The notes: generated by a model from the letters alone, not told the origin. A DNA stretch of 64,000 nt from an uncultured Bacilli bacterium (GCA_944358705.1 CALVRR010000003.1:1106-65105); one strand, 5' to 3'. Shown: positions 37,186 through 45,902, numbered from the stretch's first letter. Program-made: numbers and translations.

Positions 37186-38255
37186 AATCTTTTCTCCTTT
37201 CGTAAGTCTAAAATCTTTTCTTTCCCATTAAATAAAGGTTTTAATGATTCTTTTTCATGTAATGCGTTTATGATATCTGCGATATTTTCAGAACAGTCTA
37301 CGGTATGAAACCATTCTTTTTCTCTGTATTCTTCTGGGATATATGAAAGATTGGTTGTATATAATTTATCAAAATAATGATTTTTATAAGCGTTATTGAA
37401 TTCTTCTATTCCTTCTGTAAATAATGAGAAGGTAGCGATAAAGTATACTTTGTTGGCACCATCTTTTTTTAATCTTTCTCCTACTTCTAACATAGAAGTA
37501 CCACTAGCTATCATATCATCTACGATTAGAATATCTTTTCCTTCTACACTTGGTCCCATATAGGTGTGTTCAATGATTGGATTTTTCCCATTTACTACTT
37601 TCGTTAGATCTCGTCTTTTGTAAAATACTCCTACATTGGTATCTAACATTTCAGCAAAATATCTAGCACGTTCTGTTGCTCCCATGTCTGGACTGATTAC
37701 TAAAATATCTTTTAAATTCTCAGTTTGTAATAAGTCTTCTAAGATTGTGTTTGTAGGGTAAAAATTTTCAAATGGTAAGTTAGGAATGGCATTGGAAATG
37801 GTTGGATCATGGGCATCAAAAGTAACGATATGATCTACTCCTAATCTTTCTAATTCTTGTAAAGCTATGGCACAATCTGCGGATTCTCTTCCTTTTCGTT
37901 TGTGTTGTCTTGATTGATATAGCAATGGCATAATTACTGTTACTTTTTCAGAATATCCAGAGATTGCAGAAATTGTTCTTTTAATATCTTGAAAATGTTC
38001 ATCTGGTGCCATATGATGAGTAAATCCATGCATATTATAAGTAATTCCGTAATTACCAACATCGGCTAGTAAATATATATCTTTTTCTCTAATACTATCT
38101 TCTATTTTTACTTTTCCTTCTCCGTTAGAAAATCTGCTGGCAGTAATATTTACTATATAATCGGTATTTTCTTTTTTCTTGTTTTTTAATTTTATATTTA
38201 CTTTTTCTCCTAGCTCTTTTATATTGTCCAATACTATTAATTTTAAATTATTCAT
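37182..38255 (-). CDS. prs: Ribose-phosphate pyrophosphokinase paralog (long form)
   Basis: RFSNGE, DAHD, ILIVDDMIASGTS (PRPP-binding loop). 357 aa with an insertion (NYGITYNMHGFTHHMAPDEHF). Confidence 0.75.
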   Translation of the reverse strand: MNNLKLIVLDNIKELGEKVNIKLKNKKKENTDYIVNITASRFSNGEGKVKIEDSIREKDIYLLADVGNYGITYNMHGFTHHMAPDEHFQDIKRTISAISGYSEKVTVIMPLLYQSRQHKRKGRESADCAIALQELERLGVDHIVTFDAHDPTISNAIPNLPFENFYPTNTILEDLLQTENLKDILVISPDMGATERARYFAEMLDTNVGVFYKRRDLTKVVNGKNPIIEHTYMGPSVEGKDILIVDDMIASGTSMLEVGERLKKDGANKVYFIATFSLFTEGIEEFNNAYKNHYFDKLYTTNLSYIPEEYREKEWFHTVDCSENIADIINALHEKESLKPLFNGKEKILDLRKEKRL

Positions 38256-38267
38256 ACTATCACCTCT

Positions 38268-38286
38268 TATTAATATTTTGTTAATA
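38268..38286 (-). promoter_or_regulatory. Operator-like palindrome (candidate NrtR box) next to the prs RBS
   Basis: TATTAA-TATTTTG-TTAATA, immediately upstream of the GAGGTGA RBS. Confidence 0.5.
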
Positions 38287-38306
38287 TCTTTGTTTAAAAA
38301 AATATG

Positions 38307-38711
38307 TTATCTTCTAAATTCCTTTACTTGTTTTTTGGCTTCTATTTTTATTCCATTACAGTAGGATTTCTCTTTGCATCTTTCTGATGGTCCCCAACCT
38401 GTCCAGGTGGTATCGATTCCATTATCTATCCATAGTTTCTTTACTTGATAACCTTGTTCTTCTAATAAATCTTTAAAAATTCCTTGGTATTCCTCATAAG
38501 GTATATTTCTTTTTATTGGTATTTCGGTTCCTAAAAGAGAAGCTGTTCCAGAAAGTTCTATGGTTGTTACTGCTGCGGTGTGTTCCCCTGTATAGTAACT
38601 TACTTGCTCTTTTGATGTCTTCATTTTTACAGTTCCATTGATACCTTCTTTTCTTTTGTAATAATCCGTTAAAATATTTTCTACTTGTGTTTTATTTAAT
38701 GTCATTTCCAT
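38307..38711 (-). CDS. Hypothetical protein (134 aa), first gene of the prs-nadD-pnuC-nadR transcription unit
   Basis: Clean ORF with a GAGAGGAG RBS. No motif recognised. Preceded by a promoter and two operator-like boxes. Confidence 0.55.
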   Translation of the reverse strand: MEMTLNKTQVENILTDYYKRKEGINGTVKMKTSKEQVSYYTGEHTAAVTTIELSGTASLLGTEIPIKRNIPYEEYQGIFKDLLEEQGYQVKKLWIDNGIDTTWTGWGPSERCKEKSYCNGIKIEAKKQVKEFRR

Positions 38712-38727
38712 AGTTACTCTCCTCTCT

Positions 38728-38746
38728 TATTACTTTTTTGTTAATA
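38728..38746 (-). promoter_or_regulatory. Operator-like palindrome next to the RBS of ORF 38307..38711
   Basis: TATTAC-TTTTTTG-TTAATA. Confidence 0.45.
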
Positions 38747-38782
38747 ACATATTCTGTAAGTAATACAGATTTTCCCATCTGT

Positions 38783-38818
38783 TATTAACATTATATTAAT
38801 ATCTATTTCTTTTGTCAA
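38783..38818 (-). promoter_or_regulatory. Sigma-A promoter with an overlapping operator-like palindrome
   Basis: Minus strand TTGACA (38818-38813), 17 nt, TATAAT (38795-38790). TATTAA-CATTATA-TTAATA (38783-38801) covers the -10. The roughly 44-bp cassette is almost identical to 45362-45405. Confidence 0.6.
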
Positions 38819-38914
38819 CCTTTTTTTCGTTTTTTTCAAACTTTTTCTTTAGAAAAAAATTATAAATTGTTAAACTATATGTTATAATATCTTTCCAAAA
38901 GGAGCTGTTTTGAT

Positions 38915-39421
38915 ATGAGTGAGTTTTATGATTATTTTAGTAAACAAAGAATAAAACCCTCTAGTATTCATAGAAGTGATTATCATCCTAGTATTGCAAA
39001 TTCTAGTATTGGATTATTATCTAGAAGTTTTGATACCGATATTAGTTCTTCTTTTCTTTCTTTTGATGTTGTTTTGAATGATACTTTAGAACGAATTGGT
39101 AATATTGGTTTTCACGATTCTAGCTTTGAGGAGCTGTTTTATGGTGGAAATGTAGATTATGCTATTTATGATAGATTTCAAAAACAAGGATATGGGACAC
39201 AAAGTTTAGCACTTTTAAAAGAATTGTTGCGAGATAATTCTTACGCTATAAAAAATGGTTTACTTATATCTACTCTTCCAGAAAATATTTACTCTCAGAG
39301 AGTTGCTATTAAAAATGGTGGAGTTTTGGTTTATGAGGGACAAGTACCAGAAGATAATTTGCTTTATCAACTAGATCATGTTAAAGAAGTGAAAGTTTAT
39401 CAGATTCAGATGAAAAAGTAA
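38915..39421 (+). CDS. GNAT-family N-acetyltransferase
   Basis: YAIYDRFQKQGYGTQSLALL has a Q/RxxGxG/A-like acetyl-CoA loop. 168 aa, AAGGAG RBS, divergent from the NAD operon. Confidence 0.65.
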   Translation: MSEFYDYFSKQRIKPSSIHRSDYHPSIANSSIGLLSRSFDTDISSSFLSFDVVLNDTLERIGNIGFHDSSFEELFYGGNVDYAIYDRFQKQGYGTQSLALLKELLRDNSYAIKNGLLISTLPENIYSQRVAIKNGGVLVYEGQVPEDNLLYQLDHVKEVKVYQIQMKK

Positions 39422-39425
39422 CTCG

Positions 39426-40478
39426 TTATTTTTGAGTTACTTTTTCTTTTGTGATATATTTTTTGAATCTTTGTTTTGCCCTATCCATATCAAAGTTACC
39501 ATCAAAATAAGGATTCCATGAATAATAATCGAAGTTTTCTTGTAATTTTTTTCTATCGTGATTTGGATACAATTTTCCATCTACGGTATAGTCGATAATG
39601 ATGTTGGTAGCAGTAATTACTTCTTTTTCTCTTAATTCATGTAATAGTTCTACTGCTTGATTGGTTGCAGCTACATTTCTATTCATTGCTTTTAATAATT
39701 CTTCATCAAAGCTTTGTACCGGACAGTGAACAATATCTAATAAATGGTTATTTGCTAGTTCTAATAATTCTTCTCTACATTGAATTAAATTCTGTGGTTC
39801 TATATTACGTATAGATATTTCTTTGTTACATTCTTTTGCAATCTTACACCAAGCTTTTACTTGAGATACCGTAGGACTATCAGAAGTTAGTACAACGTGT
39901 TCATGATTTAAAAATTCTTCTATCTGCTCTTCTGGTATCCTTTCATAATTATCTCCTCTTGTATGACGAATGGTACAATACTTACATTTTCCATGGCATC
40001 CTGCTCCTATTTTTAATGGATAATAATTTCGAAATAAGTTTCCGTCTTTTAAATTATCTTTGGATTCTTCAAAATCTGGGACCCAGAATGGTTTTTCGTA
40101 ATGAACTAAACTTCTATCCTCCAACTCCTGTCCTACTATTCTAACTACATCTAATCTTTTGATATAATCTGGTAGAGGAATATCCATTCTTTGTGCAAGG
40201 CAACCACCCATGAAAATATCTTTTCCTGTTTTTTCATGCAATTTCTTCGCTACTTCTAAGTCGTTTAGGACTGCTAAATCGGTTACTTGACAACCTAATA
40301 CTACAACACTATCCGCACTATTTACATCGTTTGTAAATCTATCTTTATATTTGTTGGCAAAAGATAACATATCACTCCATACTGACATACAAGCTGCACT
40401 TGTTGCATAAATTTTTCCTTTTAAGTCTTCTTCTTGGTAAAGAATACCTTCACCAAATTTATTATTTACTTTTTTCAT
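39426..40478 (-). CDS. Radical SAM protein with a methylthiotransferase-like N-terminal domain, no TRAM domain
   Basis: The N-terminal Cys triad context (SAACMS, VLGCQV, GGCLAQ) resembles the MiaB/RimO UPF0004 domain. GAGCHGKCKYCTIRHTRG is the CxxxCxxC site. 350 aa, ending without a TRAM-like tail. Confidence 0.65.
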   Translation of the reverse strand: MKKVNNKFGEGILYQEEDLKGKIYATSAACMSVWSDMLSFANKYKDRFTNDVNSADSVVVLGCQVTDLAVLNDLEVAKKLHEKTGKDIFMGGCLAQRMDIPLPDYIKRLDVVRIVGQELEDRSLVHYEKPFWVPDFEESKDNLKDGNLFRNYYPLKIGAGCHGKCKYCTIRHTRGDNYERIPEEQIEEFLNHEHVVLTSDSPTVSQVKAWCKIAKECNKEISIRNIEPQNLIQCREELLELANNHLLDIVHCPVQSFDEELLKAMNRNVAATNQAVELLHELREKEVITATNIIIDYTVDGKLYPNHDRKKLQENFDYYSWNPYFDGNFDMDRAKQRFKKYITKEKVTQK

Positions 40479-40492
40479 ATTACTCTCCTTCT

Positions 40493-40511
40493 TATTAATA
40501 TTATGTTAATA
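40493..40511 (-). promoter_or_regulatory. Operator-like palindrome next to the RBS of the MTTase-like radical SAM gene
   Basis: TATTAA-TATTATG-TTAATA, directly upstream of AAGGAGAG. Confidence 0.5.
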
Positions 40512-40566
40512 TCTTTCTTTGAAATTTTAGAGGATTTCTCCTCTATACTTTTTTCTTCCCCGTTAT

Positions 40567-42501
40567 TTATTCATCTTTTATTTCTTCTAATTCTTTTAAC
40601 CAAGCTTCATAACTAGCATCACTTGGCATACGTAAATCTCCTCTTGGAGATAGGCTAATACTTCCTACTTTAACACCATCTGGAATACAATTTCTCTTAA
40701 ATTGTTGCGTAAAGAAACGTCTGATAAAAACTTTTAACCATTTTTTTATTTCTTCCTTGGAAAAACTATTTTTAAAAGTATGTTTTGCTAACATATATAT
40801 TTTCTTTGGTGTTGCGCCATATCTTAAGAAATGGTATAGGAAAAAGTCATGTAAAACATATGGTCCGATACTTGATTCGGTTTTTTGTAAGATGTTTCCT
40901 GCCTCGTCTGGTGGTAATAATTCTGGAGAAATCGGAGTATCTAATATGTCTTTTAACACTTCTTTTTTCTTACCGTCTGTAGTATCTGCTACCCAGGCAA
41001 CCAGATAACGAACTAAAGTTTTTGGAATTGAAGTGTTTACTGCATACATACTCATGTGATCTCCATTATAAGTACACCAACCTAAAGCAAGTTCAGATAA
41101 GTCTCCTGTACCAATTACTAATCCACCTTCCATATTCGCAACATCCATTAATATTTGTGTACGTTCTCTTGCTTGAATGTTTTCGTAAGTGATACTTCTG
41201 TCATTTTCTGGAAGACCGATATCTTTCATATGAAGAAGAGATGCTTCTTTGATGCTTATCTCTTTTAAAGTAGCTCCGTACTCTTTTACTAAATCTACGG
41301 CATTTTGGTAGGTTCTACCCGTGGTACCAAAACCAGGCATCGTTATCCCTATGATGTCTTTTGTATTTCTTTTTAGTTTTTCAAATGCCTTTACGATTAC
41401 TAAATAAGCTAGTGTAGAGTCTAGACCTCCACTCATACCGATGATACATTTAGGATTACCAAGTTGTATTAATCTTCTAGCAAGAGCACTGGATTGGATT
41501 TCAATGATTTCTTCACATCTTCTACTTCTTTCTAATTCGTTTGATGGAACAAATGGATACTCTTTATATTCTCTTTGCAATTCTTTGATTGTATCAAAAA
41601 CCTCTATTTTTATTGTGTTATATTCCAATTTTTGTGCCATGTTCATATAACTTCTGTTTTTTCTGCGATCATTTGCTAGTTTTAAAACATCGATATCGGC
41701 AGTAATAATATTACTTTCTATCTCGAAACGTTTGTTTTCTGCTAATTTTGATCCATTTTCATAAATCATACTGGCACCACCGAATAATACATCTGAAGTA
41801 GATTCCATAACGCCACTTGATGCGTAAATATAGGCAGAAATTGTTCTAGCAGATTGACTAGATACTAAACTCTTGCGATATTCTTGTTTTCCAATCAGTT
41901 CATTACTACTTGATAAATTAAAGATAATGGTTGCTCCTGCTAAGGTGTGATTGTTACTTGGAGGGGTTACAGTCCATAAATCTTCACAAATATCAATTCC
42001 AAAAGTAATATCTGTTAGGGTTTTATCTTGAAATAATAAATTGGTAGTAATTGGAACGTTCTGACCTAAAATTTCTATTTCGTTATTTTTTAAGTCTTTG
42101 CTAGATGAAAACCATCTAGCTTCATAAAACTCTTGATAATTAGGTATATAAGTCTTTGGAACTATTCCTAAAATTTTACCTTTTTGAATTACTACAGCAC
42201 AGTTAAATAACTGATTATCCTGTTTTATTGGCATTCCTAAAATAGAGATAATGTCTAATTCTTTTGTTTCTTCCAATACTTTTTGTAAAGCTTTTTTGCT
42301 GTCTTCTAATAATTGATCTTGTAAAAATAAATCTCCACATGTATATCCAGTTAAAGAAAGTTCTGGTGTTGTTACGATTGAGGTGTTTAATTTTACGGCT
42401 TCTTTTATTTGTTTAATTATTTCTTCTGCATTTTTTATAGGGTTTGCTAAAGATAATTTATTAACCATAGCTCCTACTCTGACATATCCATATTCTTTCA
42501 T
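40567..42501 (-). CDS. nadE: Glutamine-dependent NAD+ synthetase (CN-hydrolase plus synthetase domains)
   Basis: N-terminal nitrilase-like domain (TPELSLTGY, CEDLW) and the SGGLDST PP-loop. Start taken at MKEYGYVRV after AAAGGAG. Confidence 0.9.
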   Translation of the reverse strand: MKEYGYVRVGAMVNKLSLANPIKNAEEIIKQIKEAVKLNTSIVTTPELSLTGYTCGDLFLQDQLLEDSKKALQKVLEETKELDIISILGMPIKQDNQLFNCAVVIQKGKILGIVPKTYIPNYQEFYEARWFSSSKDLKNNEIEILGQNVPITTNLLFQDKTLTDITFGIDICEDLWTVTPPSNNHTLAGATIIFNLSSSNELIGKQEYRKSLVSSQSARTISAYIYASSGVMESTSDVLFGGASMIYENGSKLAENKRFEIESNIITADIDVLKLANDRRKNRSYMNMAQKLEYNTIKIEVFDTIKELQREYKEYPFVPSNELERSRRCEEIIEIQSSALARRLIQLGNPKCIIGMSGGLDSTLAYLVIVKAFEKLKRNTKDIIGITMPGFGTTGRTYQNAVDLVKEYGATLKEISIKEASLLHMKDIGLPENDRSITYENIQARERTQILMDVANMEGGLVIGTGDLSELALGWCTYNGDHMSMYAVNTSIPKTLVRYLVAWVADTTDGKKKEVLKDILDTPISPELLPPDEAGNILQKTESSIGPYVLHDFFLYHFLRYGATPKKIYMLAKHTFKNSFSKEEIKKWLKVFIRRFFTQQFKRNCIPDGVKVGSISLSPRGDLRMPSDASYEAWLKELEEIKDE

Positions 42502-42527
42502 ACTAATTCTCCTTTTTTTATAGTGTA

Positions 42528-43160
42528 TCAAATTTTTTCTGTTTTTACTAAACCTTTTGCTTTTTCAATGGTAAATTGTGACTGAAGATCTGTAATATAT
42601 CCATTGTTTACTAATTCTATAGCTTCTTCAAAACTACATTCAAAATAACGAATAATTTCATCTTTATCCAAGTTTTGTTCTTTTGTTTTTTCACATTCTA
42701 AGGCAACCATACTGTAGTTATAGGCAGCACTGCATCCTTGATCTTGGTAAAAACTAGCTAATAGTTGCATTTCCTCTGGTACATATCCAGTTTCTTCTTC
42801 TAGTTCTCTTTTTCCTGCAGTTAATGGATCTTCTCCCGTTTCTAAATATCCAGCCGGTAACTCTACACATACCGTTTCTTTCGTGAATACTCTTGGTTGT
42901 ACTACTAATAAAGTATTTCCTTCTTTGGTGATTGGTAAAATAATTGCAGCACTACCATCTTTTCCTCTTTTTACAATTTTTTCTCTTGGAATTATTCTTC
43001 CGTTTTGTAGTTGGCAATTGTAACTTTCTACATTAATAAATCCTTTTCTTTGGATAGGTTCTGTTCCTTGGTATATAAATTTTTCTTTTTGTTTTTCTAA
43101 TTTTATCGTTTGTAATTCTTTTATGTAATCTCTTAATTCTTCAAGTTTTTCCTTGCGCAT
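42528..43160 (-). CDS. Nudix hydrolase, ADP-ribose pyrophosphatase-like
   Basis: ELPAGYLETGEDPLTAGKRELEEETGY matches the Nudix box GX5EX7REUXEEXGU. Confidence 0.75.
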   Translation of the reverse strand: MRKEKLEELRDYIKELQTIKLEKQKEKFIYQGTEPIQRKGFINVESYNCQLQNGRIIPREKIVKRGKDGSAAIILPITKEGNTLLVVQPRVFTKETVCVELPAGYLETGEDPLTAGKRELEEETGYVPEEMQLLASFYQDQGCSAAYNYSMVALECEKTKEQNLDKDEIIRYFECSFEEAIELVNNGYITDLQSQFTIEKAKGLVKTEKI

Positions 43161-44647
43161 TTTATACGTTCCTTTCCTTTTTCTTCTGGTTTATTTTGAG
43201 TATTTTTCATTCTTTCTTCAATTTCATTTTGATGAAACTCTATTAATTCTTGTTTTAACATTCTTAATTTATCAGATAAATCTACATAATATTCATGTGG
43301 TTTTTCAATTCTTGTTACTTCTGGATATAGTGTTTCAAACTCTCTCTCGCAATATTCTTGTTTTTCTTGTAAAGTAGGGTCTTGATATACCAACTCTCCA
43401 TTTATGAAAATTGGTACTAGTAGGCTTCTTACATTGTAATTTGTTAGATTTGTTTTCTTCCATGTTTCTACTGGATGAACTAGAGTATAATGGTCTTTAT
43501 TAATTTGTTCTTCCGCTAAAGTAATAACATCTCCTAAGGCATAACCAGTTTCTTTATCGTAGAAACGATGTACTTTTTTATATCCAGGGTTGATGGTTTT
43601 TATACTATCGTTACTTACTTTGATACGTGGCACTGCTTTTTTGTTTTCTTCTACGGCTACTAATTTATATACTCCGCCAACTCTTTCTTTTGGAGCGGCA
43701 ATATTGTCTCCAGCACCAATGGAATTGATCTGTGCTCCTTGTGTAATTAAATCTCTAATCGTATATTCATCTAAGCCGTTGGATAAACAAATTCCGGTAT
43801 CTTTATAACCTGCGGCATCTAACATTTTTCTTGCTTCTTGAGATAAGTAAGCTAAATCTCCGCTATCGATACGAATACCTTTAAATGGATAGCCATTTGG
43901 TGTTAAATATTCGTTTGCAACTCTAATTGCATTTGGAACACCACTATGTAAAGTGTCATAGGTATCTACTAGGAATACACAGTTATCTGGATTACTTTTT
44001 GCATATTTTAAAAATGCATCGTATTCATCTTCACTTTCAGTTACTAATGAGTGGGCCATTGTTCCCATGACCGGAATATCGTATTGCATACCAGCATAAG
44101 TGTTGGATGTTCCTACGCATCCACCGATATATGCACATTTACTTGCTTCTATTGCGGAATCAATTCCTCTCGCACGTCGTGCTCCAAATTCCATGACTGG
44201 AATTCCTTTTGCTTCGTTCGTGATTCTCTTGGCAGCTGTCGTTACTAATGATCCGTGATTGAAATTAGCAAGTAGTGCGGTTTCTAAGATTTGTGCTGTT
44301 ACGGCATCGGCTTTTACTGTTAATACTGGTTCGTTTGGAAATACTACGGTTCCATCTGGTACGGCATAAATATCTCCTTCAAATTTTAATGTGCTTAAAT
44401 AGTTTAAAAATTCTTCGTTGAACTTTCCTAATTTTCTTAAGTAGTTTAATTCCTCTTCTCCAAAGTGCAAGTTTTTAATATAATTAATTGTTTCGTCTAA
44501 TCCACCACTAATTGTGTACCCACCATTAAATGGGTTGCTACGAAAGAAAATATCAAAGTATACTTGTTCTTCTTTCTTCCCTTCGTTAAAATAAGTTTGA
44601 GCCATTGTTAACTCATAAAAATCTGTCATTAATGTTTTATTTTTCAT
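43133..44647 (-). CDS. pncB: Nicotinate phosphoribosyltransferase
   Basis: LMTDFYELTMAQ, EFGARRA, GTSN and GTMAHS are classic Gram-positive PncB motifs. Confidence 0.9.
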   Translation of the reverse strand: MKNKTLMTDFYELTMAQTYFNEGKKEEQVYFDIFFRSNPFNGGYTISGGLDETINYIKNLHFGEEELNYLRKLGKFNEEFLNYLSTLKFEGDIYAVPDGTVVFPNEPVLTVKADAVTAQILETALLANFNHGSLVTTAAKRITNEAKGIPVMEFGARRARGIDSAIEASKCAYIGGCVGTSNTYAGMQYDIPVMGTMAHSLVTESEDEYDAFLKYAKSNPDNCVFLVDTYDTLHSGVPNAIRVANEYLTPNGYPFKGIRIDSGDLAYLSQEARKMLDAAGYKDTGICLSNGLDEYTIRDLITQGAQINSIGAGDNIAAPKERVGGVYKLVAVEENKKAVPRIKVSNDSIKTINPGYKKVHRFYDKETGYALGDVITLAEEQINKDHYTLVHPVETWKKTNLTNYNVRSLLVPIFINGELVYQDPTLQEKQEYCEREFETLYPEVTRIEKPHEYYVDLSDKLRMLKQELIEFHQNEIEERMKNTQNKPEEKGKERIKCARKNLKN

Positions 44648-44661
44648 AAATATTCTCCTCT

Positions 44662-44680
44662 TCTTAATTATTTGTTAATA
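44662..44680 (-). promoter_or_regulatory. Operator-like palindrome next to the pncB RBS
   Basis: TCTTAA-TTATTTG-TTAATA (one half-site mismatch), directly upstream of GAGGAG. Confidence 0.4.
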
Positions 44681-44696
44681 TCATATTTTAAAAAAA

Positions 44697-45293
44697 TTAA
44701 TTCTTCTTACTTACTAATTTGATTCCTTGCTGCTTCATTAATAATTTTGCAGCTCTTACATATTCGCCTCTTGCTTCTTCGTTGTAGGTGGCGATTGCAT
44801 CTTCATATACTTTAATTTCTACTTCACGATTCCATTGGTCATAAAAATTAGCAAGTCCCATCGCTCCATTTAAATCACAAATATCGGTACAGCAACCCAT
44901 TAATCTGACCTCTTCCACATTTTCTGCTTCGGTTGCTATTTCTCTAAATTTCGGTGCCTCCATAAAACTTGTTGAATTCTTTTCTATTGAAATCGTATCA
45001 TCCATTTCTTCGAATAGCTTTAACTCATCTACTAGTTCTGCTTCCCTTGTACCTTTTACACAATGTTTTGTATCCTCATAACGTTTAAATTCTACTGCGT
45101 TTTTATCATGAGCATCTTTTACGATGATAACGATGAAACCATCATCATGTGCTTCTTTGATAAGTTCTTTTTGTCTTGGAATAATTCTTTTGATGTTTTT
45201 ATCATGTAAAACTCCTTCCTCCAAAAAGCCATTCACCATGTCAACAAGAATTAGCATTCCTTTGTAAACTTTAAGATTTTTCACTTTGTTCAT
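44697..45293 (-). CDS. pncA: Isochorismatase-family hydrolase, probable nicotinamidase
   Basis: LILVDMVNGF (catalytic Asp region), a mid-protein Lys, and GCCTDICD (catalytic Cys). The genomic context is next to pncB. Confidence 0.7.
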   Translation of the reverse strand: MNKVKNLKVYKGMLILVDMVNGFLEEGVLHDKNIKRIIPRQKELIKEAHDDGFIVIIVKDAHDKNAVEFKRYEDTKHCVKGTREAELVDELKLFEEMDDTISIEKNSTSFMEAPKFREIATEAENVEEVRLMGCCTDICDLNGAMGLANFYDQWNREVEIKVYEDAIATYNEEARGEYVRAAKLLMKQQGIKLVSKKN

Positions 45294-45307
45294 AATATCC
45301 CTCCTCT

Positions 45308-45326
45308 TATTTACATTTTATTAATA
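45308..45326 (-). promoter_or_regulatory. Operator-like palindrome next to the pncA RBS
   Basis: TATTTA-CATTTTA-TTAATA. Confidence 0.4.
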
Positions 45327-45365
45327 ACAAAGTTTAAAATTTTACAAGTACTTTTTTTCACTTGT

Positions 45366-45401
45366 TATTAACATTATATTAATAACTATTTCGTTTGTCA
45401 A
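45366..45401 (-). promoter_or_regulatory. Sigma-A promoter with an overlapping operator-like palindrome (pncA-pncB-nudix-nadE unit)
   Basis: TTGACA (45401-45396), 17 nt, TATAAT (45378-45373). TATTAA-CATTATA-TTAATA (45366-45384) covers the -10. Confidence 0.6.
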
Positions 45402-45531
45402 CCTCTTTTTAACATTTTTTTAAAAAGAATTTTATTTTTTAAAGATAGTGCTATTGATATGTGATTTTTTCGAAGAAGAAAACGTGCTATAATAGTTGTA
45501 TATGAAAATGAAGGAGGATGTATGGAAAGAA

Positions 45532-45850
45532 CATCTAATAAATTGGTCAGAGATAATATACCAAATATTATTAAAGAAAATGGTGAAGTTCTTATTACTA
45601 GGATTTTAACGGATGAGGAGTATAAAAAGAATTAGAGAAAAAGTTAGATGAAGAGTTACAAGAAGTATTAGAAGCAACTGGGATGGATCGTATTGAAGAG
45701 TTAGCTGATATGCTAGAAGTCATAAAAGCTTTGGCGAAATTAGAAAATACTAGTTTCTCTGATGTTGTGAAAGTTGCAGAAGAAAAATGTGACAAGCGTG
45801 GTGGCTTCGAAGATAAAATATTTTTAGAAAAAGTAGTTGATAAAAAATAA
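45532..45850 (+). pseudogene. MazG-like all-alpha NTP pyrophosphohydrolase gene interrupted by a frameshift in an A-run
   Basis: Frame 1 reads MERTSNKLVRDNIPNIIKENGEVLITRILTDEEYKKN* (stop at 45633-45635). Frame 2 continues ELEKKLDEELQEVLEATGMDRIEELADMLEVIKALAKLE...KRGGFEDKIFLEKVVDKK. One extra A in the A5 run (45624-45628) would restore a single ORF of about 105 aa. AAGGAGG RBS. Confidence 0.7.
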
Positions 45851-45862
45851 TTTGTTTCAAAC

Positions 45863-45893
45863 AAAAAACCTCACTTAATGTGAGGTTTTCTTA
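45863..45893. terminator. Bidirectional rho-independent terminator between convergent genes
   Basis: AAAAAACCTCAC-ttaat-GTGAGGTTTTC: an 8-bp GC-containing stem flanked by an A-run and a T-run. Confidence 0.7.
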
Positions 45894-45902
45894 ATTTAGT
45901 AA

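Noticed and set aside
37182-44647. Interpreting the Prs paralog plus the phosphoribosyltransferase as a phage-type NAD reconstitution (NARP1-like) counter-defence pair.
   Set aside because: The transferase carries classic bacterial PncB motifs. Both genes sit in a chromosomal regulon with nadD, nadE, pnuC and nrtR. Ordinary salvage (PRPP supply for PncB) explains them.
45598-45864. Minus-strand 88-aa ORF.
   Set aside because: It is antisense to the MazG-like gene, whose two halves translate into a recognisable protein. The ORF is Ser/Phe-rich low complexity with no RBS.
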